64,000 bases of DNA, from IMG/VR virus record IMGVR_UViG_2654587772_000002. The stretch is one strand, 5' to 3'. Numbering within the stretch: the stretch's first letter is position 1; every line of letters begins with the position of its first letter. Below the pieces are notes generated by a model. It saw only the letters and a list, made by a program, of their open reading frames with translations. It did not search any database and was not told where the DNA came from. The stretch comes from a virus. Its lineage: Duplodnaviria > Heunggongvirae > Uroviricota > Caudoviricetes. A program made the position numbers and the translations under genes. This document shows, in pieces, positions 39,998-51,662 of this stretch.

Positions 39998-42897
39998 TAA
40001 ATAACCTCAGCCATTTGTTGGTCTGTTAATGCTTTATGCCATATTCTGAAATTTCTGATATGACCAAATAAATGACGTAACCCTGCTGTAGTCTGGCCTC
40101 CAATACGGATGGTTGCAGAGTTCTGAATATAGGACCATGTCGTCTTTGTTTCGCTGGATATGCGCCCGTTACTTACTGAGCACGTAGACTGATCTGATTT
40201 TACACGCATCCCCATAACCATTTTTTCAAGCAATGCGTTTTCGTTTACCCGTCTGTTAGCTCCTCCAATATCGCAATAAGGAAATCCGTCGTAATCTGCT
40301 GAAGAACCGAAGCCAAGAATAATAGCCGCTCCGGTTTGATGACCGCCGGTATCAAAAACACGTGGCGCTGCATTTGGCGTTTTATACCAGTTCTTATGTA
40401 CCTCACAAAGAACCGTAAAAGGAAGATTATAAAGATTATTATTAATTGGAACTGTAACTATATCGCTTGCGCGGGTAGCCGCCGTCGTTCCCGAGATAAT
40501 AAAAGATGATGCACACGAACCATCCTCAACCTGAGGGGTGGACAGATAAATATAGTCTCCAGATATGGTTGCTCCGCCCTGCTTAGGAGAATACTGTATC
40601 TGAGATCCTATTTTTAACTCATCATCAATTGCCTGGATTGTTGCCTCTGCAAAAATCCATCCGGTAGCTTCGTCCTTTCTGACTCTCGCTGTAATCCTTG
40701 AGGCCGCGCCACCTGTCATATTAATTTCAAGCGTTTGTGTATCAATATATGCATCACCAAGAAAAGTTGTTGCACTACCGTCATATTTATCAAAGCGGAT
40801 ACGTAACCTTACCTGTCGTTCTGTTTTAAAACGACATGAGGTTGTCACGTACTTGTTATCGCCTGAAACATCAACTGACTTTGTAGCAGCAATTGATGCC
40901 ATATTAATGGCTGACGTTTGCCCAATCAGAGAATCGTTACAGACAAACTTTCCATAGGTAAAACCAAAACTATCCGTCCCGGTTTCGGGAACATCCATAT
41001 TTGACGAGCGCCCCCAACTGGCAGGGTTTTCCGAATTGAGCATGTAGTTTGTTCGTTGTCCCTCAATAAGCAGACCATCACGTTCAAATCGTGGCTCGTC
41101 AATGGCAGCCTCTGTCAGCACACCAGATTTATTTATATAGGTTGCTTTCGATGCGCGTTTAAACTTAACAACCTTGTCGCCAGGCATTGTTATTTCGTCG
41201 TCGCCAATAACAATCTTTTTATATGATGGAGAAAAGCCCGCAATCATATCCAGCGAATCGTTAAACGGTATCCACACATCTGGCAGCGGTTGAATAATCT
41301 TCCTGGCATCCTCCAGTGACAATGCTTCGACATCCGAAGCTGTTAAAGAAATATCTGCCGAACCGTCAAATGAAACGTTGTTAATCATCCGTGCTGTTTT
41401 TAATTTCGTTGCGGTGTCGGCGTTCCCCATCAGTGCGCCGGTGATCCCGCCGTTGAAAGTCTGGCGTGCACTCCATGTGTTAGCCGTGCTCAACAGGGGG
41501 ATCTTTTCACCGCTTGTGCCGAGTTCTCTTAAACCAAGGTATTGGATAACAGCAAGGACGCTTGTTTTGGACAGAATATCGCGACCGACTGACGTTAAGT
41601 CAGTCTGAGAAACAGTGTCTGTACCGGTAAAGTACGGCAGTTTATTTGCGCCTGTAGCAAGACCAGCAAGCGCGGTTAAAGTTGCATCCAGAGGCTGTTT
41701 GCCTGCCAGCGCATTTGTCATTGTTGTCGCAAAGTTCGGGTCATTACCAAGTGCTGCGGCAAGCTCATTCAGGGTATCAAGAGCTTCTGGTGATGAACCA
41801 ACCAATGCGGATATGGCAGCTCTTACATAAGCAGTCGTAGCAATCTGCGTATTATTTGTGCCCTGCGCAGCCGTAGGCGCAGTAGGGACTCCCGTTAATG
41901 CAGGGCTTGCCAAAGGCGCTTTGAGGGCTAGGGCATTGTTGATAGTTGTGCTGAAATTCGGGTCGTTATTGATCGCAGCAGCTATTTCTTTAAGCGTATC
42001 CAGTGTGCCAGGTGCACCGTTGATAAGTGCCGTTATAGCTGACTTAACAAAGGCTGTATTTGCGATCTGCGTGCTATTTGTACCTTGCGCTGCCGTCGGC
42101 GCGGTTGGCGTTCCTGTCAGACTCGGGCTTTCTATTGGCGCTTTGGTATCAGCAAGACCTTTTACAGACTTAACGGCTTTAGGGGTAGCCGCCATTGTTT
42201 CGCTGTCGCTGTTAGTTTCGCTACTGAGCTGAACTAATCCCTTTTGCGTTGTGCTTGCATCCTGTGCCGTATACTTGCTTTTCGCCAGATCGTAGGCTTT
42301 TTTAGCTGCCAGCGAACTTGCAGCAACATCACTTCTGCTACTGGTTACAGAGTCTGAAATATCAATGCCGATCGTGCGGTTAATACGCTCGGATGTATCA
42401 ATCATCTCCTGGGTAATGGCTGATACGCCAGCAGGGATATTCACCGTACAAACAAGCAGCTCTCCATCTCCTAACTGATATGAATCGGTATAGGTTCTGG
42501 CAACAAATTCAGCCGCATGAATATGTGACGCGGTATTAACCTGATAGGTATCCTCTCCAAGGAGGTATCTTCCCTTCAGCACAATTGCATATTTCTTGCC
42601 TTCACTAAGTGCAAGAGAAATATCCTTACGGTGCCGAATAGTTACCTGGTAGAATTCACCAATATCCACTGACGCAGCGCCAGCAGTTTTATCACCATCC
42701 ACTGAGGTGATTAACAGGTTCATACCACCGCCAGGCTTCGGCAGGAAACCGGCATAAAACCCAGGATCAACAATTCCCCTGAATTTTCGGTTTAGCGCGG
42801 CTGACAGATATGGTTCGTGGTATTGCACATCAGCCACCAGAGCCAGTGACTCGGGCGATGGGTAAGTAACTGATGTAACAACTGTAACGTCATTCAT
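39997..42897 (-). CDS. Tail fibre protein S-like (start taken at MNDVTVVTSVTYP; ORF track extends to 42984)
   Basis: Tandem ~50-aa repeats (…APTAAQGTN.TQIA.TA.V…LDTL.E.AAA..NDPNF.TT…) typical of P1/Mu/lambda side tail fibres. Confidence 0.75.
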   Translation of the reverse strand: MNDVTVVTSVTYPSPESLALVADVQYHEPYLSAALNRKFRGIVDPGFYAGFLPKPGGGMNLLITSVDGDKTAGAASVDIGEFYQVTIRHRKDISLALSEGKKYAIVLKGRYLLGEDTYQVNTASHIHAAEFVARTYTDSYQLGDGELLVCTVNIPAGVSAITQEMIDTSERINRTIGIDISDSVTSSRSDVAASSLAAKKAYDLAKSKYTAQDASTTQKGLVQLSSETNSDSETMAATPKAVKSVKGLADTKAPIESPSLTGTPTAPTAAQGTNSTQIANTAFVKSAITALINGAPGTLDTLKEIAAAINNDPNFSTTINNALALKAPLASPALTGVPTAPTAAQGTNNTQIATTAYVRAAISALVGSSPEALDTLNELAAALGNDPNFATTMTNALAGKQPLDATLTALAGLATGANKLPYFTGTDTVSQTDLTSVGRDILSKTSVLAVIQYLGLRELGTSGEKIPLLSTANTWSARQTFNGGITGALMGNADTATKLKTARMINNVSFDGSADISLTASDVEALSLEDARKIIQPLPDVWIPFNDSLDMIAGFSPSYKKIVIGDDEITMPGDKVVKFKRASKATYINKSGVLTEAAIDEPRFERDGLLIEGQRTNYMLNSENPASWGRSSNMDVPETGTDSFGFTYGKFVCNDSLIGQTSAINMASIAATKSVDVSGDNKYVTTSCRFKTERQVRLRIRFDKYDGSATTFLGDAYIDTQTLEINMTGGAASRITARVRKDEATGWIFAEATIQAIDDELKIGSQIQYSPKQGGATISGDYIYLSTPQVEDGSCASSFIISGTTAATRASDIVTVPINNNLYNLPFTVLCEVHKNWYKTPNAAPRVFDTGGHQTGAAIILGFGSSADYDGFPYCDIGGANRRVNENALLEKMVMGMRVKSDQSTCSVSNGRISSETKTTWSYIQNSATIRIGGQTTAGLRHLFGHIRNFRIWHKALTDQQMAEVI

Positions 42898-42908
42898 CAA
42901 GCATATCC

Positions 42909-43343
42909 TTATGCTATAGTCGTGTTGATGGCCATAACTGCGGTATATGTTTTTCCCACATACAGCGAGTCTTCCTGAACACAAATAATTGCGATGGGCT
43001 TATTCTCGTTATCCAGAACAACCAGAGTGTTGAATGGATAGTTTTTCCCTTCCTGCAACTGGCTTTGATCAAGGTCCATTCGGACAGTAATTATCCCGCC
43101 AGAGTAGGTTGGGACGAGGTTGATGGTGCAAAATTGACTGGTCAGTTCTGCCAACTCGAAAGTCTTTGGCAGTTCTCCAATGTCATAAGTACCATCTTCA
43201 TTTTTGGTAACCAGCGAACTGGTGCCGAAAACGGCCTTGCTGATTAAAAATCGAGAGCCTTTGTTAATGGACGATTCAGCGCGTCGCTGATAGTAATAAT
43301 CCAACAACTGACTCTTATAGAGATTTGTTGAGACGTCAGACAT
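42909..43343 (-). CDS. Tail fibre-associated structural protein R-like (144 aa)
   Basis: Position upstream of S. Confidence 0.45.
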   Translation of the reverse strand: MSDVSTNLYKSQLLDYYYQRRAESSINKGSRFLISKAVFGTSSLVTKNEDGTYDIGELPKTFELAELTSQFCTINLVPTYSGGIITVRMDLDQSQLQEGKNYPFNTLVVLDNENKPIAIICVQEDSLYVGKTYTAVMAINTTIA

Positions 43344-43421
43344 GATTTTCCCTAATCAATGTTGTGAAGCCTCATTGTAAGAGAAGTAACTTGTCACCCC
43401 GCCCTGCGGACGGGGTAATTG

Positions 43422-44261
43422 TCAGGCATCGCTATCCAGCAGCAAATCATCTGCGCGGGAGCGATCAAACGTAGGCGTTGCTTTCACAATAGTGCCGCCC
43501 GGCGTTGCAGTGATCGGGGCACTAATCGACGTAACTCCGGCAAGCGAAGTTGTATCCGAAGTTTCAAACCAGCAGTACGCTTTTTCGGTATCAGAAATCT
43601 CGTTCAAAGTGATCATGTCGGCCTGTTCATTTACAACAACCGACAAATAGAGCGTAAGCCCATCAAACACTATATGCAGTGGCAGTAGAGGCTTTACGAA
43701 CTGATTAAACTTTCTGAGAATTTCTTCTGTAATTGCGGACTGATCTATCGTGCCAGTAATACCCATTGTCCTGGCCAGGTCGTTTATGGGAATACTGATC
43801 ATCCCTCTGGAAGTCAGAAACATCTCGCCGAATGTGCCGCCAGTAGTCTCCAGTGTGCTTTCTGGTATTAGAACTGTGCCATAGGGATGACGCTCAAGGT
43901 CCACCGGTGCATATATCGGATCCCATAAAACAGAAATACCGTTAAATTCGCGGTAAATTGTCTGGTTTATAGGACGTTCAGTTCCCTTAAAGTGGATCTC
44001 ATCAAGCCGCTGTTGTAACAACATCGGAACGGAAGATGAGTTCGAGGTTCTGATAGTAAAGAACTGGCCAAGTTCATTTGTCCTGGTCTCCAGATCCTCC
44101 TTGCTCATGGAGAAAATAGACTTCCGGTTGGTAATTCGCTCCAACCATGGGTCAACAAAGGTGTCCATCATTGACTGAACCAAATCAGCCAATGATTTAT
44201 AGAGCAATGACTTTTGCTTAGCTGATGTAAGCCGGTTATTAAACCAGGAACGCTGCATCAC
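43422..44261 (-). CDS. Baseplate protein (P1 gp16-like), 279 aa
   Basis: Synteny; coupled to following baseplate gene. Confidence 0.45.
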   Translation of the reverse strand: MMQRSWFNNRLTSAKQKSLLYKSLADLVQSMMDTFVDPWLERITNRKSIFSMSKEDLETRTNELGQFFTIRTSNSSSVPMLLQQRLDEIHFKGTERPINQTIYREFNGISVLWDPIYAPVDLERHPYGTVLIPESTLETTGGTFGEMFLTSRGMISIPINDLARTMGITGTIDQSAITEEILRKFNQFVKPLLPLHIVFDGLTLYLSVVVNEQADMITLNEISDTEKAYCWFETSDTTSLAGVTSISAPITATPGGTIVKATPTFDRSRADDLLLDSDA

Positions 44262-45691
44262 TCCTCCTCATACGAAATATTAAAGGTGGAGCTTTCTGTA
44301 TCCAGATAAACGAAATCGTAAAAGCCGTTGGACTCATTCCACTCGACAAATTCCAGATAAAAGTCGCGGAAATAACCCAGCGTTTCGATAAACGCCCAAA
44401 CGTCTTTTTTCTTAATCAGGATGTACTTTCCGACGCGGTTCGGATCAAAGAAAGTTGAGTCGCGCCCAAATTTTGTTTCCAGTGCCGACTTCAGCTCATC
44501 GGTCACATTCTCAATGGTCAGGCTTGCCGATATCCGTCCGGTGATGGTTATCTTAAATGGTAGTTTTCTGACCTCTTTATAAGAGAATTTCTTGTTCAGT
44601 TCATTCGGTACCTTCTTAAAGGCAGTCAGGATCATTTCTTCAAGCTCTGACTGGCTTTTATTTGGATGCCATCCTGAAATAAATATCTTATTGATATTCT
44701 GAACATTATAAGCACCATCTAATTTCTCTTGCTGGCCTTCGCCCCATGCCTTTACCCAGGACAGCCCCGGGATGTTACGAACCAGAAAATACGTATAGTC
44801 CCCGCCCCATACGACCTGATCATCATAGGCAAGGTAATATTGTGCACGGTTACGTGTGATCTCCGTTGTTTCAGCATCGGTACCTGCGGTTATAGGTGTC
44901 GTTGTCTTAACTGAAATCAAATTAGCTAAATCAGCCGCAGAATCGACAGGCGTCAGGTTTTGGCCAGCAACCAGGGTTATATCGCCGTTGGTGCACCATA
45001 CCTTAAGCGTAATTGTCGAACCTTCTGGCGGTATTTGCCCAATTAGCCCATCGCCGAATCGAACCCCCAACTGCTCGGATGGTTTATAAAACTCAACGTA
45101 GACCTGGCTTTTACTACCGGCTAACCGGAACATAGTGCTGGAAGACCACTGCGTGGTCTTCCCATCGGTTGTCACGAATACTTCCAGCTTATAGCAGACA
45201 GCAGTAAGAGCCTTTGATAACACGACTTCCAGAAATTCTTTGGCTGCCGTAACGGTATATGTCACCTCCTGGATTTCCAACTGTGCCACTTCTACCGTAC
45301 CGGTGCCGTCAACCAACCTGCATACATCCATAGTCATGTAAGGGTACTGGTCGTCAGATATTAAAGGCATGTTTTTGGGGATTACCGCTGGGGCATCTTC
45401 ACTTGTGGCGGTGATCTCAATCATCCCCGATGACGGTGTTGGCTTGGTACCAACATAACTGTTCGTTTCTGCCGCAGCCAGGATAGAGGAACGCCGCGTC
45501 GCGGTCGATATAAAGCCTTCAGCCAGCGCCGCATCGGCATACTGAAAGCACCTGTAGACAATCTGGGTAATAAACAATGTCAGCATCGAGACAAATTGAG
45601 AGCCGACAAACTTCGACCAGAATGAATCTTTCTCGACAAGCTCTTCAAACTCTGCACGAATACTGTCTTTAGTCGGTGTTGTTTTACTCAT
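44258..45691 (-). CDS. Baseplate J-like protein BplA-like (477 aa)
   Basis: Size/synteny. Confidence 0.5.
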   Translation of the reverse strand: MSKTTPTKDSIRAEFEELVEKDSFWSKFVGSQFVSMLTLFITQIVYRCFQYADAALAEGFISTATRRSSILAAAETNSYVGTKPTPSSGMIEITATSEDAPAVIPKNMPLISDDQYPYMTMDVCRLVDGTGTVEVAQLEIQEVTYTVTAAKEFLEVVLSKALTAVCYKLEVFVTTDGKTTQWSSSTMFRLAGSKSQVYVEFYKPSEQLGVRFGDGLIGQIPPEGSTITLKVWCTNGDITLVAGQNLTPVDSAADLANLISVKTTTPITAGTDAETTEITRNRAQYYLAYDDQVVWGGDYTYFLVRNIPGLSWVKAWGEGQQEKLDGAYNVQNINKIFISGWHPNKSQSELEEMILTAFKKVPNELNKKFSYKEVRKLPFKITITGRISASLTIENVTDELKSALETKFGRDSTFFDPNRVGKYILIKKKDVWAFIETLGYFRDFYLEFVEWNESNGFYDFVYLDTESSTFNISYEEE

Positions 45692-46047
45692 AGCACCACG
45701 TCCTGTGTGATAGTTATATCCCTGATACGAATGGATATTTTCAACTTATCAAAAGCATCTCCCTCGGCTACTGACAAGCCAGAAATCGGTATGTCAGGTA
45801 AATCTACCGTCAGTTTTTGCAACAGCATTGCCTCAACCGCAATTTGAACATGCGACAAGTTGGTCGGTTCGTGTTTAAACTGCGGTAAAACATTGCCCCA
45901 TGACGGATCTCCGTATACCTCACCCTGATAAGTGTTTAGCCACTCATATAAACGAGCGCCCCAGGCCTCCTCCTGGGACTCATACGTTTTTACGCCGGAT
46001 AACTCCAGCGTCAGCAAAGGATCAATTTCGTTATTGTTGGCCATCAA
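45688..46047 (-). CDS. Baseplate/morphogenesis protein (PmgA-like), 119 aa
   Basis: Synteny. Confidence 0.4.
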   Translation of the reverse strand: MMANNNEIDPLLTLELSGVKTYESQEEAWGARLYEWLNTYQGEVYGDPSWGNVLPQFKHEPTNLSHVQIAVEAMLLQKLTVDLPDIPISGLSVAEGDAFDKLKISIRIRDITITQDVVL

Positions 46048-49000
46048 TCAACTCTCGCGTAGTCATTCATCAACGGATCATCAATTGACAGTGGCACCGT
46101 GCGCATAACGCCCGGTTGAGGCGTGCTGACCTTTACGACAGTTCCCTGGCCTTTCGCCGAGTCTTTAGTGTGCTCTTCAATCCTGGCAAGCAATGAGGTC
46201 ATCTGCGCAAACAGCCGCTTCGTTTCACCATCAAGTGAAACGGTATTATCAGCCAACTGCATTGTCGGCTTGGCACCAGAGCCGCCAAGGTCACTAATAA
46301 CCTGTCCGTCTATCTGCATACGACCGGTTGGTTGCTGCAAATCGTTGGCGGCAGTCGTCACCTGGGACGTGGAGGCTGGTTGAGGAGAGTTATTTGAGCG
46401 CATTCCCCGGGCATTAATGAGTTTGTCATACAGCCCATCAATCCCCATTTGTGCACCGAGTTGGTCAAAGTAACTTGAGTTGTTTGCTACCGGACGTGCC
46501 TCTTCAACTGGCATAGGTGTATCAACATACACATTGCCAGCAGCCGTTGCGGTTCCCCTTCCTCGTGCACGTTCTTCGAGGGTTCCCTGAACGACTTCCC
46601 GACGCATCCCCCGACCATTCATGAATTTGTTGACCAGATCGTTAACGCCAACAGCATTACCGATTTTGTCTACCAAACCGCCTTTCTCAAACGGGCTATC
46701 ACCAGGGGTAAACGCCAGACCAGTAGACTGATCGATAACGGCGTTATCAGGCAGTGGTCCCCTCACTCCATATTGCGCCCCACCCTGTGCTCCTGCTCCA
46801 GGTGTATAGATTTCACCACCTAAATAGCGAGCACGATGAGTATTGACCTTGATCGCGTACTCACGGTTTTCTTTCGATAAGTCACCTGTGCCTTTTTTCC
46901 ACTTATTGATAGTGCCAAACCCAGCATTATATGCAGTGATGGCCTCGTTTAAGTCTCCATTGGCTTGCTTCAGATACTTGCTCATGAGAAGAGCCGCAGC
47001 TTCTGCCGATTTCACAGGATCAAATGCATCCTGTTCCGATATCCCTGTCTCTTTACGAGCAATACTCGTGAACTGGAACATCCCGAGTGCGCCACCACTT
47101 AACTTTCCATCTGGTGATCTTGTAAGCGGAGACTTTGCGTTAGGATCCCCTCCTGATTCAGTTGCCGCAATCGAGTAAAGAGTGCCTTCAGGAAGGCCAT
47201 ATTTATTCTCTAGTTCAGCAAAATACGGAGCCAGCTTATCCAGATTTGCCTTACCTTCAGCGCCAAGGCTTCCGACTTTTACATCTAAGTTGCCATTGTT
47301 GTAGGTATCCGCAGCTTTCTGAATGTCATTCCTAGTGCCAGTAGTATTAAGCGACGATGATGATGAGCTATTTTGACCAATAGCATTATCAATTTTCTGC
47401 AACGCTCGATTGCCCGTTTCTACGGCATTTGCATTGATAATCTGATTGGCAGTTTCTTTAACTGTTTTATTGCTATCTTTCGCCGTCTCTAGGGATGCAT
47501 TTACAACACGAGTGACAATATTAGCCTTTTTAGGGGTATATTCAGTCTTAGGAGCATTGTCCTCCTGACTTTCTTTAGCTGGTGTTTTTAATTCAGGTGT
47601 AACCTCTTTCGCATCCGCTTTGTTGACTAGCTTTGATGCAACCCAGGCCACAGGGGTGCTCTGAACAGCGGCATCGGCAACCTTACCAGGAAGCTCTTTT
47701 GCGGCATTCCATAGATTACTACCAGCCTCTTTAATGTATTTTCCCGGGTTCTTAATGAAATCAATTGCACTATCAATTGCATCACTGAAAACCTTTTTCA
47801 GGTTATCGACAGTAAAGAAGTCTTTGATGGCGTCTAATTTTTCGTTCAGACTCTTGGTTGTGTCACTGAACCAGGCTGAAATAGCATCGCCAATCTTGGC
47901 TGTGTAATCGTTGAATGTTGTGGATATGGTGTCACCAAGGTTAGAAATATATGTTTCTAAATTGGTAATCCCACTATCAATGGCCTGGGCAATACTTTCC
48001 GTCGAAAATGATTGCAACATATTGCCGATATCCTCAAATCCAAGTGATTTGAGAACGCCACCAATGGCATTGCTAATACCAGATACCAGTCCTCCCATAT
48101 CGAGAACGTTAGCCAGTGTATAAGCCGCTTTTTGCTGAAAAGATGGATCTTCCCCATCCTTAAGCCCAAAGGTCCGACGTTGTGCTTCTGTATCATTCCA
48201 ACCGGTTACCGCATCATAGATACCTCCAGCCACCGTGCCGACTAGCGGAATTGCGCGTAAAGCCCCCTTTGCAAAAGCCTTAACACCTAGTTTCTCCAAT
48301 CCCTTAGTTGCAAGTTTTCCGGCACCGCGAGTAGCCAATTCGCCAGCTTCTTTGGCAGCAGCTTTTTTCCCACCAAAGCCCAATAAGCTTGCAACTTTTT
48401 TTATACCTAAAGCGCCTAGTGCCATCGAGCCAACTTTCTTTAGTGCCCCACGGCAAAAAATAAGGGAAGCAATACCACCGGCCCCCTTCCCTAACAGGCT
48501 AAATAATTTGGACAGCAAGCCGCCCTTCTTTTTCCCGGTGTTTTTGGCTATCTGATCAAGGGCGCTGAGAATCTTGTCATTGCCCTCTTTAATTTCGCTG
48601 GTCTGATCCTGAAGTTCCTGAACCGTCCGTTTTTGGGTGTTAACCTGAACGACATCGGCACTACTTTGCGATTTACGCCTAAAAAAACCTTTTCTACGGC
48701 TGTTATCGTCATTGCCACGAATCACATCGGCAATTGACTTTCTGGCACCATTAAGCGAACCGCCAACTTCTTTTGATATTCCGCCAAGCTCCTTTCCTGC
48801 TGCCCACAATGGACCAGCAACGGCATAACCTAAAGCATCGACGGCACGAGTCTCTGAAGGGTTACCTATGCCTTCAGCTACTTTTGACAGTTTTTTTAAT
48901 AAACCCGATTCAGCATTTAGACGCTCATCATCCTCTTTGCGCCTAGCTTTTTCAGCACGTTCAGCACGGGCATCTTCCGCTGCGGCCTTACTCCCTGACT

Positions 49001-49472
49001 TCCCAATAAAACGACCACGCGCATCGCGTTGGTTTTGGCTTTTTTGCGCACCGCCTTTTTGACCGAACATTTCGCGAGCGTGTTCGGCTGCTTCGGTCCG
49101 TTGTGCCTTTACATCCTCTGGTATAGCCTTCCTGCGTCGTTTTTTACCCTTTGGTGTGGTTGATTTGGCCCGCTGTTCCTGTTGAGCAACATCTTCCTGA
49201 ACTACACGAGAAACGTCCCCTAAGTTAAGCCGTTTCATTGCCTCAACAATAGGGTCCACTGATGGCGCATTGGCCACAAAGTCTGGCCGTGAATTTTCGA
49301 TTGTGCGATTTAATGCCGACACACTGCGAGAGACAGGATCAACAGTTGCAACGCGCCCCCCTTTCAAATCTTCAACAGCTTCCCGGATACCTGCAAGCTC
49401 TTCCAGCTCTTTTGCGCTGGCGGTTTCAACTGTCCTTATAACATCGTCAATGTTGGCGTTTTTTCGTTCCAT
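46044..49472 (-). CDS. sit: Sit: tape-measure-like structural protein with lytic transglycosylase domain (1142 aa)
   Basis: SLT-like motif region (…GGALGMFQF…AYNAG…) within very large ORF, size as P1 Sit. Confidence 0.75.
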   Translation of the reverse strand: MERKNANIDDVIRTVETASAKELEELAGIREAVEDLKGGRVATVDPVSRSVSALNRTIENSRPDFVANAPSVDPIVEAMKRLNLGDVSRVVQEDVAQQEQRAKSTTPKGKKRRRKAIPEDVKAQRTEAAEHAREMFGQKGGAQKSQNQRDARGRFIGKSGSKAAAEDARAERAEKARRKEDDERLNAESGLLKKLSKVAEGIGNPSETRAVDALGYAVAGPLWAAGKELGGISKEVGGSLNGARKSIADVIRGNDDNSRRKGFFRRKSQSSADVVQVNTQKRTVQELQDQTSEIKEGNDKILSALDQIAKNTGKKKGGLLSKLFSLLGKGAGGIASLIFCRGALKKVGSMALGALGIKKVASLLGFGGKKAAAKEAGELATRGAGKLATKGLEKLGVKAFAKGALRAIPLVGTVAGGIYDAVTGWNDTEAQRRTFGLKDGEDPSFQQKAAYTLANVLDMGGLVSGISNAIGGVLKSLGFEDIGNMLQSFSTESIAQAIDSGITNLETYISNLGDTISTTFNDYTAKIGDAISAWFSDTTKSLNEKLDAIKDFFTVDNLKKVFSDAIDSAIDFIKNPGKYIKEAGSNLWNAAKELPGKVADAAVQSTPVAWVASKLVNKADAKEVTPELKTPAKESQEDNAPKTEYTPKKANIVTRVVNASLETAKDSNKTVKETANQIINANAVETGNRALQKIDNAIGQNSSSSSSLNTTGTRNDIQKAADTYNNGNLDVKVGSLGAEGKANLDKLAPYFAELENKYGLPEGTLYSIAATESGGDPNAKSPLTRSPDGKLSGGALGMFQFTSIARKETGISEQDAFDPVKSAEAAALLMSKYLKQANGDLNEAITAYNAGFGTINKWKKGTGDLSKENREYAIKVNTHRARYLGGEIYTPGAGAQGGAQYGVRGPLPDNAVIDQSTGLAFTPGDSPFEKGGLVDKIGNAVGVNDLVNKFMNGRGMRREVVQGTLEERARGRGTATAAGNVYVDTPMPVEEARPVANNSSYFDQLGAQMGIDGLYDKLINARGMRSNNSPQPASTSQVTTAANDLQQPTGRMQIDGQVISDLGGSGAKPTMQLADNTVSLDGETKRLFAQMTSLLARIEEHTKDSAKGQGTVVKVSTPQPGVMRTVPLSIDDPLMNDYARVD

Positions 49473-49553
49473 GATCTTATCGCCTACCGTTTCGGTTTAA
49501 GTTTTTCTTCCAGTTTCTCCAACAGGAAAAACGCATAGGATTCAGTAAGCCTT

Positions 49554-50435
49554 TCAGCGTCCTGAATCGGTATACCCCCATACAAAACCAGGTTGGACAC
49601 TAAGGTCTGATAGCTTTTCAATCCCCACCTGTGGAATGAAGTCGGTAGCCCGAAAGGGCACCCACAGACGGGTATATGCACCCTCTGTGGACTCCTTTTT
49701 ATCCTGATTTGGGCATTTATGCGGCGGGAGACGAAGACGCATTTCACCTTTATCGATGTAGCACGGCAAACCATGTTCGAGCTTTTCATGAGCCAGTCGG
49801 ATGTGTGCCGCCAGCTTCATAAATTCAGTATCAATGGCCATCCGTTTAATCGTTTCATAACGACGCTCAGCCTGATCTTCACGAGTACCGCTAACATCGT
49901 TATAAAGCTCACACTGATAAGCGAATTCCCAAAAACGCAAATCAACGATCGCTTCTTTGAATTCCGCGTCGTCTTCAGGTGGCAATGCTGCACGGCGCAT
50001 CTCCAGCATTTCCATTGCCCAACCATCAAGCGGCACGATACGCCATTGATAAGGCACTCCCTCTACAGACACCTCAATATCGTCAATGAACGGTTCCGCT
50101 TCCAGGACCTGGATATCTTCAGCCAGGGCATTCATATCGCAATCGTAATAATGCTCTTTACCGCAATGTTTACAGGTGTAGGTGAATGTCTCGACCGGTG
50201 TTTCACGGGAGCCGGTAAATATCCACCATAACGCGGTAATCCGGTCCTGCGCCGTCCATGTCAGGGGATCATGTTTCGCGGGTTCAGCCAGCAAGGCTTT
50301 TAAATACGCCGTTGTCTGTTGTTCTTGTTCCTCCGGTGTTATCGAGTTGAAACGCATCGCATCAGCAATATTTGGCTGACGGAACTGGATCAATTCAGTT
50401 GGCCGCGATGGTAGCGGGAAAAGAGGTAAAAGCAT
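49554..50435 (-). CDS. Tail morphogenesis protein (PmgB-like), 293 aa
   Basis: Synteny. Confidence 0.4.
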   Translation of the reverse strand: MLLPLFPLPSRPTELIQFRQPNIADAMRFNSITPEEQEQQTTAYLKALLAEPAKHDPLTWTAQDRITALWWIFTGSRETPVETFTYTCKHCGKEHYYDCDMNALAEDIQVLEAEPFIDDIEVSVEGVPYQWRIVPLDGWAMEMLEMRRAALPPEDDAEFKEAIVDLRFWEFAYQCELYNDVSGTREDQAERRYETIKRMAIDTEFMKLAAHIRLAHEKLEHGLPCYIDKGEMRLRLPPHKCPNQDKKESTEGAYTRLWVPFRATDFIPQVGIEKLSDLSVQPGFVWGYTDSGR

Positions 50436-50449
50436 CCTTGCTCCTTAAT

Positions 50450-51061
50450 TCAAAGAGAAAAGCTAAAGCCCAGAAGGGAAGCCAAAGAACTTGAGGATTG
50501 GTTAAACGTGCTGTGCAATGCGAAGGTCATTGGGAATGACTTAAATTCCGTAACCTGATCCCGCGCATAGGTGACATCTCCGGTAGTGACCGGGAATACC
50601 GTCATCTCATTTTCCAGTTTGGTTAAACCGGAGGACAGCAACCGATAAATACGCACATTGAGCAAATATTTAGATGGTATGTTCCCGGTGCCGTCAGGAT
50701 TGATCACCCGACTTTTTGCCGTCTTAAACCAGTCCAAAACGAGGCCATCAACGGTATCCCTGACCATCATTGTTATCTGCCCTGGCGAACGCTCCGTTGG
50801 CTGAAGGATATTCCCTCCGCCGATTTTAATCGTTTCATATTCGATGCTGTAATCGTGGTAGGTAATGTCTTTAGCAAAGAAGTCTGCCCCCTCCAGACCA
50901 TCAACTTCGACAGAGAACTGCCATCCTTGCGCGAACAGCATTTTGTTCATGATGATTGACGTCAGCTTACCAACTTCCCGTTCACCAACGCCGGAGCCAA
51001 ATAATGTCGTCGTTAATGCCGAAGATACATAAGACTTTACTGAAGCAACATTAAGCCCCAT
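50450..51061 (-). CDS. Tail tube-like protein (Tub-like), 203 aa
   Basis: Synteny/size. Confidence 0.4.
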   Translation of the reverse strand: MGLNVASVKSYVSSALTTTLFGSGVGEREVGKLTSIIMNKMLFAQGWQFSVEVDGLEGADFFAKDITYHDYSIEYETIKIGGGNILQPTERSPGQITMMVRDTVDGLVLDWFKTAKSRVINPDGTGNIPSKYLLNVRIYRLLSSGLTKLENEMTVFPVTTGDVTYARDQVTEFKSFPMTFALHSTFNQSSSSLASLLGFSFSL

Positions 51062-51071
51062 ATCAGCCCCC

Positions 51072-51662
<591 letters not shown>

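Noticed and set aside
42898-42984. N-terminal 29-codon extension of the S tail fibre ORF overlapping R
   Set aside because: Begins MCSGRLAVCGK with no SD; internal ATG gives the conserved MNDVTVVTSVTYP N-terminus
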